From assembly GCA_034722055.1 (NCBI GenBank), contig JAYENL010000186.1, positions 1 through 31,663 of the forward strand: a DNA stretch of 31,663 nt, given 5' to 3'. This stretch comes from Armatimonadota bacterium (GTDB lineage: Bacteria; Armatimonadota; Zipacnadia; Zipacnadales; UBA5352). Position 1 is the stretch's first letter. Every line of letters begins with the position of its first letter. Under the pieces are notes generated by a model. That model had not been told where the DNA came from, searched no databases, and was given only the letters and a program-made list of their open reading frames with translations. The position numbers and the translations under genes were made by a program. This document shows positions 30,325-31,663 of this stretch, piece after piece.

Positions 30325-31566
30325 GTGTGGTTGTTCCGAGTATGTGTGCAAGACGCAACGACCTGGGACTGGACATTTGAGGGCAAAGAGAGGAAAGCCG
30401 AGGAGATGGCAGAGTGGTGGCTAAGAGTTCCCTTGCACAATGTGCCACTTCCGACTGACTCGGACGTGCAAGACATTCAGCTTCGGCCGCGTCTCCCGTG
30501 GTACGAGGCCCGTAAGGCGATAGAGGACGCGAAGCACAAGGGTAGGCCGTTTGTTCCTACAGCCGATGCGATCGTGGAAGTGGGTGCTTCGGACCAGCGG
30601 CCAGACAACCCCTGGGACGACCTAGAGAGATGCGGGTTCTGGGACCTCCGTGACGCGCTGCAGTTCATGCTTCAGCGCGACATCCCTGCGTGCCACGTTT
30701 ACTTGCATCAGACACCGGACTGCTCCGACGAGGGCATTGGGCCGAGTAGTCGCCTCACCATCAGCATGGTACCATATGCGTCACACATCCAGGTGCTGGG
30801 CTGGGCGGAGTGCCTCCGTGACGCGACGAGGGCCTGGGCGAATGATGACCTCGACGCGAGAACTGATTTCCGGTACGCAGCCAAGTTCCAGCATGTGGCG
30901 AAGATACCCACGATACCCCTGGAGTCGATGTTCATCCAGCAGTGGATCGCGTTCGAGCTCCTTTTCAACCGATGGTGTGAGGTGGAGCCCGATGCGCCAC
31001 GGGACCTGAAGATCAGCGAGGGCACTGTCAGGCGTGAGGTGCGGCCAGCAATCGAGCAGGCCCTCCGTCCTCTGGTGAACTCGGGGCATATCACGGAAGT
31101 AGAAGCTGAAGCTCTGGTCTGCGACGTGCGTCCTAAGGTCTTCGAGCGCGCGCAAGTGAAGGCGGTGGCGTTCCTGGACAGTCTCCGGATCGACGATGTC
31201 CCTGCGGATTGGCTCAGGTGGTGCATCAGAATACGCAACACACTGGTCCACGGACGCAGCTGGCGCGAGCTCTATGCAGATGAACGGGGTGATGTGGAAG
31301 ACCCCCTTGTTGACATGAGTACACGCGTGCAGCAAACACGCATGCTGGTCAATCGCGCGATAATGAGCTTCTTCGGGTACGAGCCGGAGGGGTGGCACTT
31401 CAATCAGGTGCGTCCGGGCCGCTACCGCCGGGCCGGCCAAGTACTGGGCATGCGAACGGAAGAGTCCAGTGAGTGTCGCGACACAACTCACGGCAAACGG
31501 CGCACGCACAGGAGTGTGCGTGCCACGGAACGGCGAAGGGCAACGGCAAACGGCCGACGCATGTGA
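30325..31566 (+). CDS. Hypothetical protein with putative C-terminal HEPN (Apea/MauJ-like) domain; start GTG 30325 or ATG 30406
   Basis: FIQQWIAFELL helix and RNTLVHG (R-x4-H); visibly more A/T-ending codons than flanking genes. Confidence 0.65.
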   Translation: MWLFRVCVQDATTWDWTFEGKERKAEEMAEWWLRVPLHNVPLPTDSDVQDIQLRPRLPWYEARKAIEDAKHKGRPFVPTADAIVEVGASDQRPDNPWDDLERCGFWDLRDALQFMLQRDIPACHVYLHQTPDCSDEGIGPSSRLTISMVPYASHIQVLGWAECLRDATRAWANDDLDARTDFRYAAKFQHVAKIPTIPLESMFIQQWIAFELLFNRWCEVEPDAPRDLKISEGTVRREVRPAIEQALRPLVNSGHITEVEAEALVCDVRPKVFERAQVKAVAFLDSLRIDDVPADWLRWCIRIRNTLVHGRSWRELYADERGDVEDPLVDMSTRVQQTRMLVNRAIMSFFGYEPEGWHFNQVRPGRYRRAGQVLGMRTEESSECRDTTHGKRRTHRSVRATERRRATANGRRM

Positions 31567-31663
31567 ACATGCGTCGCTCCGGACGGCAACGGCAGACGGC
31601 AAACGGCCGGGCCGGGACGGAGACCGGCCCCTCCAGACGACTGGGCATACGACAAGGGCCGGG
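31491..31663 (-). repeat. Right REP-like mosaic, inverted: C, B, A, and possibly another A cut by the window edge
   Basis: 31501-31534 = rc of 30228-30261 (34/34); 31555-31587 vs 30092-30124 (30/33); 31603-31647 vs 30155-30199 (42/45). Confidence 0.92.

Noticed and set aside
30044..31663. Classical IS element, CRISPR array or integron attC cassette
   Set aside because: No DDE, HUH or recombinase motif in the ORF. The flanks are shuffled modules rather than colinear TIRs. No target duplication is visible, there is no constant repeat-spacer period, and I see no convincing RYYYAAC/GTTRRRY attC pair.

Overview
High-GC bacterial chromosomal window. All supported genes lie on the + strand. In order: a tRNA cluster (His partial, Arg-UCG, Lys-CUU, Leu-UAG) containing a 10-bp tandem array; tig-clpP-clpX-lon; a T-box riboswitch and valS; two hypothetical genes; a heptamer array; a NagB-family gene; aroF; lipA; an outer-membrane biogenesis cluster (tamB-like, ECF sigma, bamA, skp, an elongated skp-like lipoprotein, lpxD); a large secreted hypothetical; and murJ. 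A T-box together with this cluster suggests a diderm Terrabacteria lineage such as Armatimonadota (inference). The most striking feature is at the right end. An AT-richer ORF with a HEPN-like RNxxxH motif sits between two inverted, order-shuffled mosaics of three REP-like hairpin families. These show compensatory base changes, and one family recurs 23 kb away. The arrangement looks like a REPtron carrying cargo instead of a transposase. Also notable are two matching ECF-type promoters (G[AC]AAC[CT]-N16-GTC[CT]AA) upstream of the ECF sigma gene and of skp.
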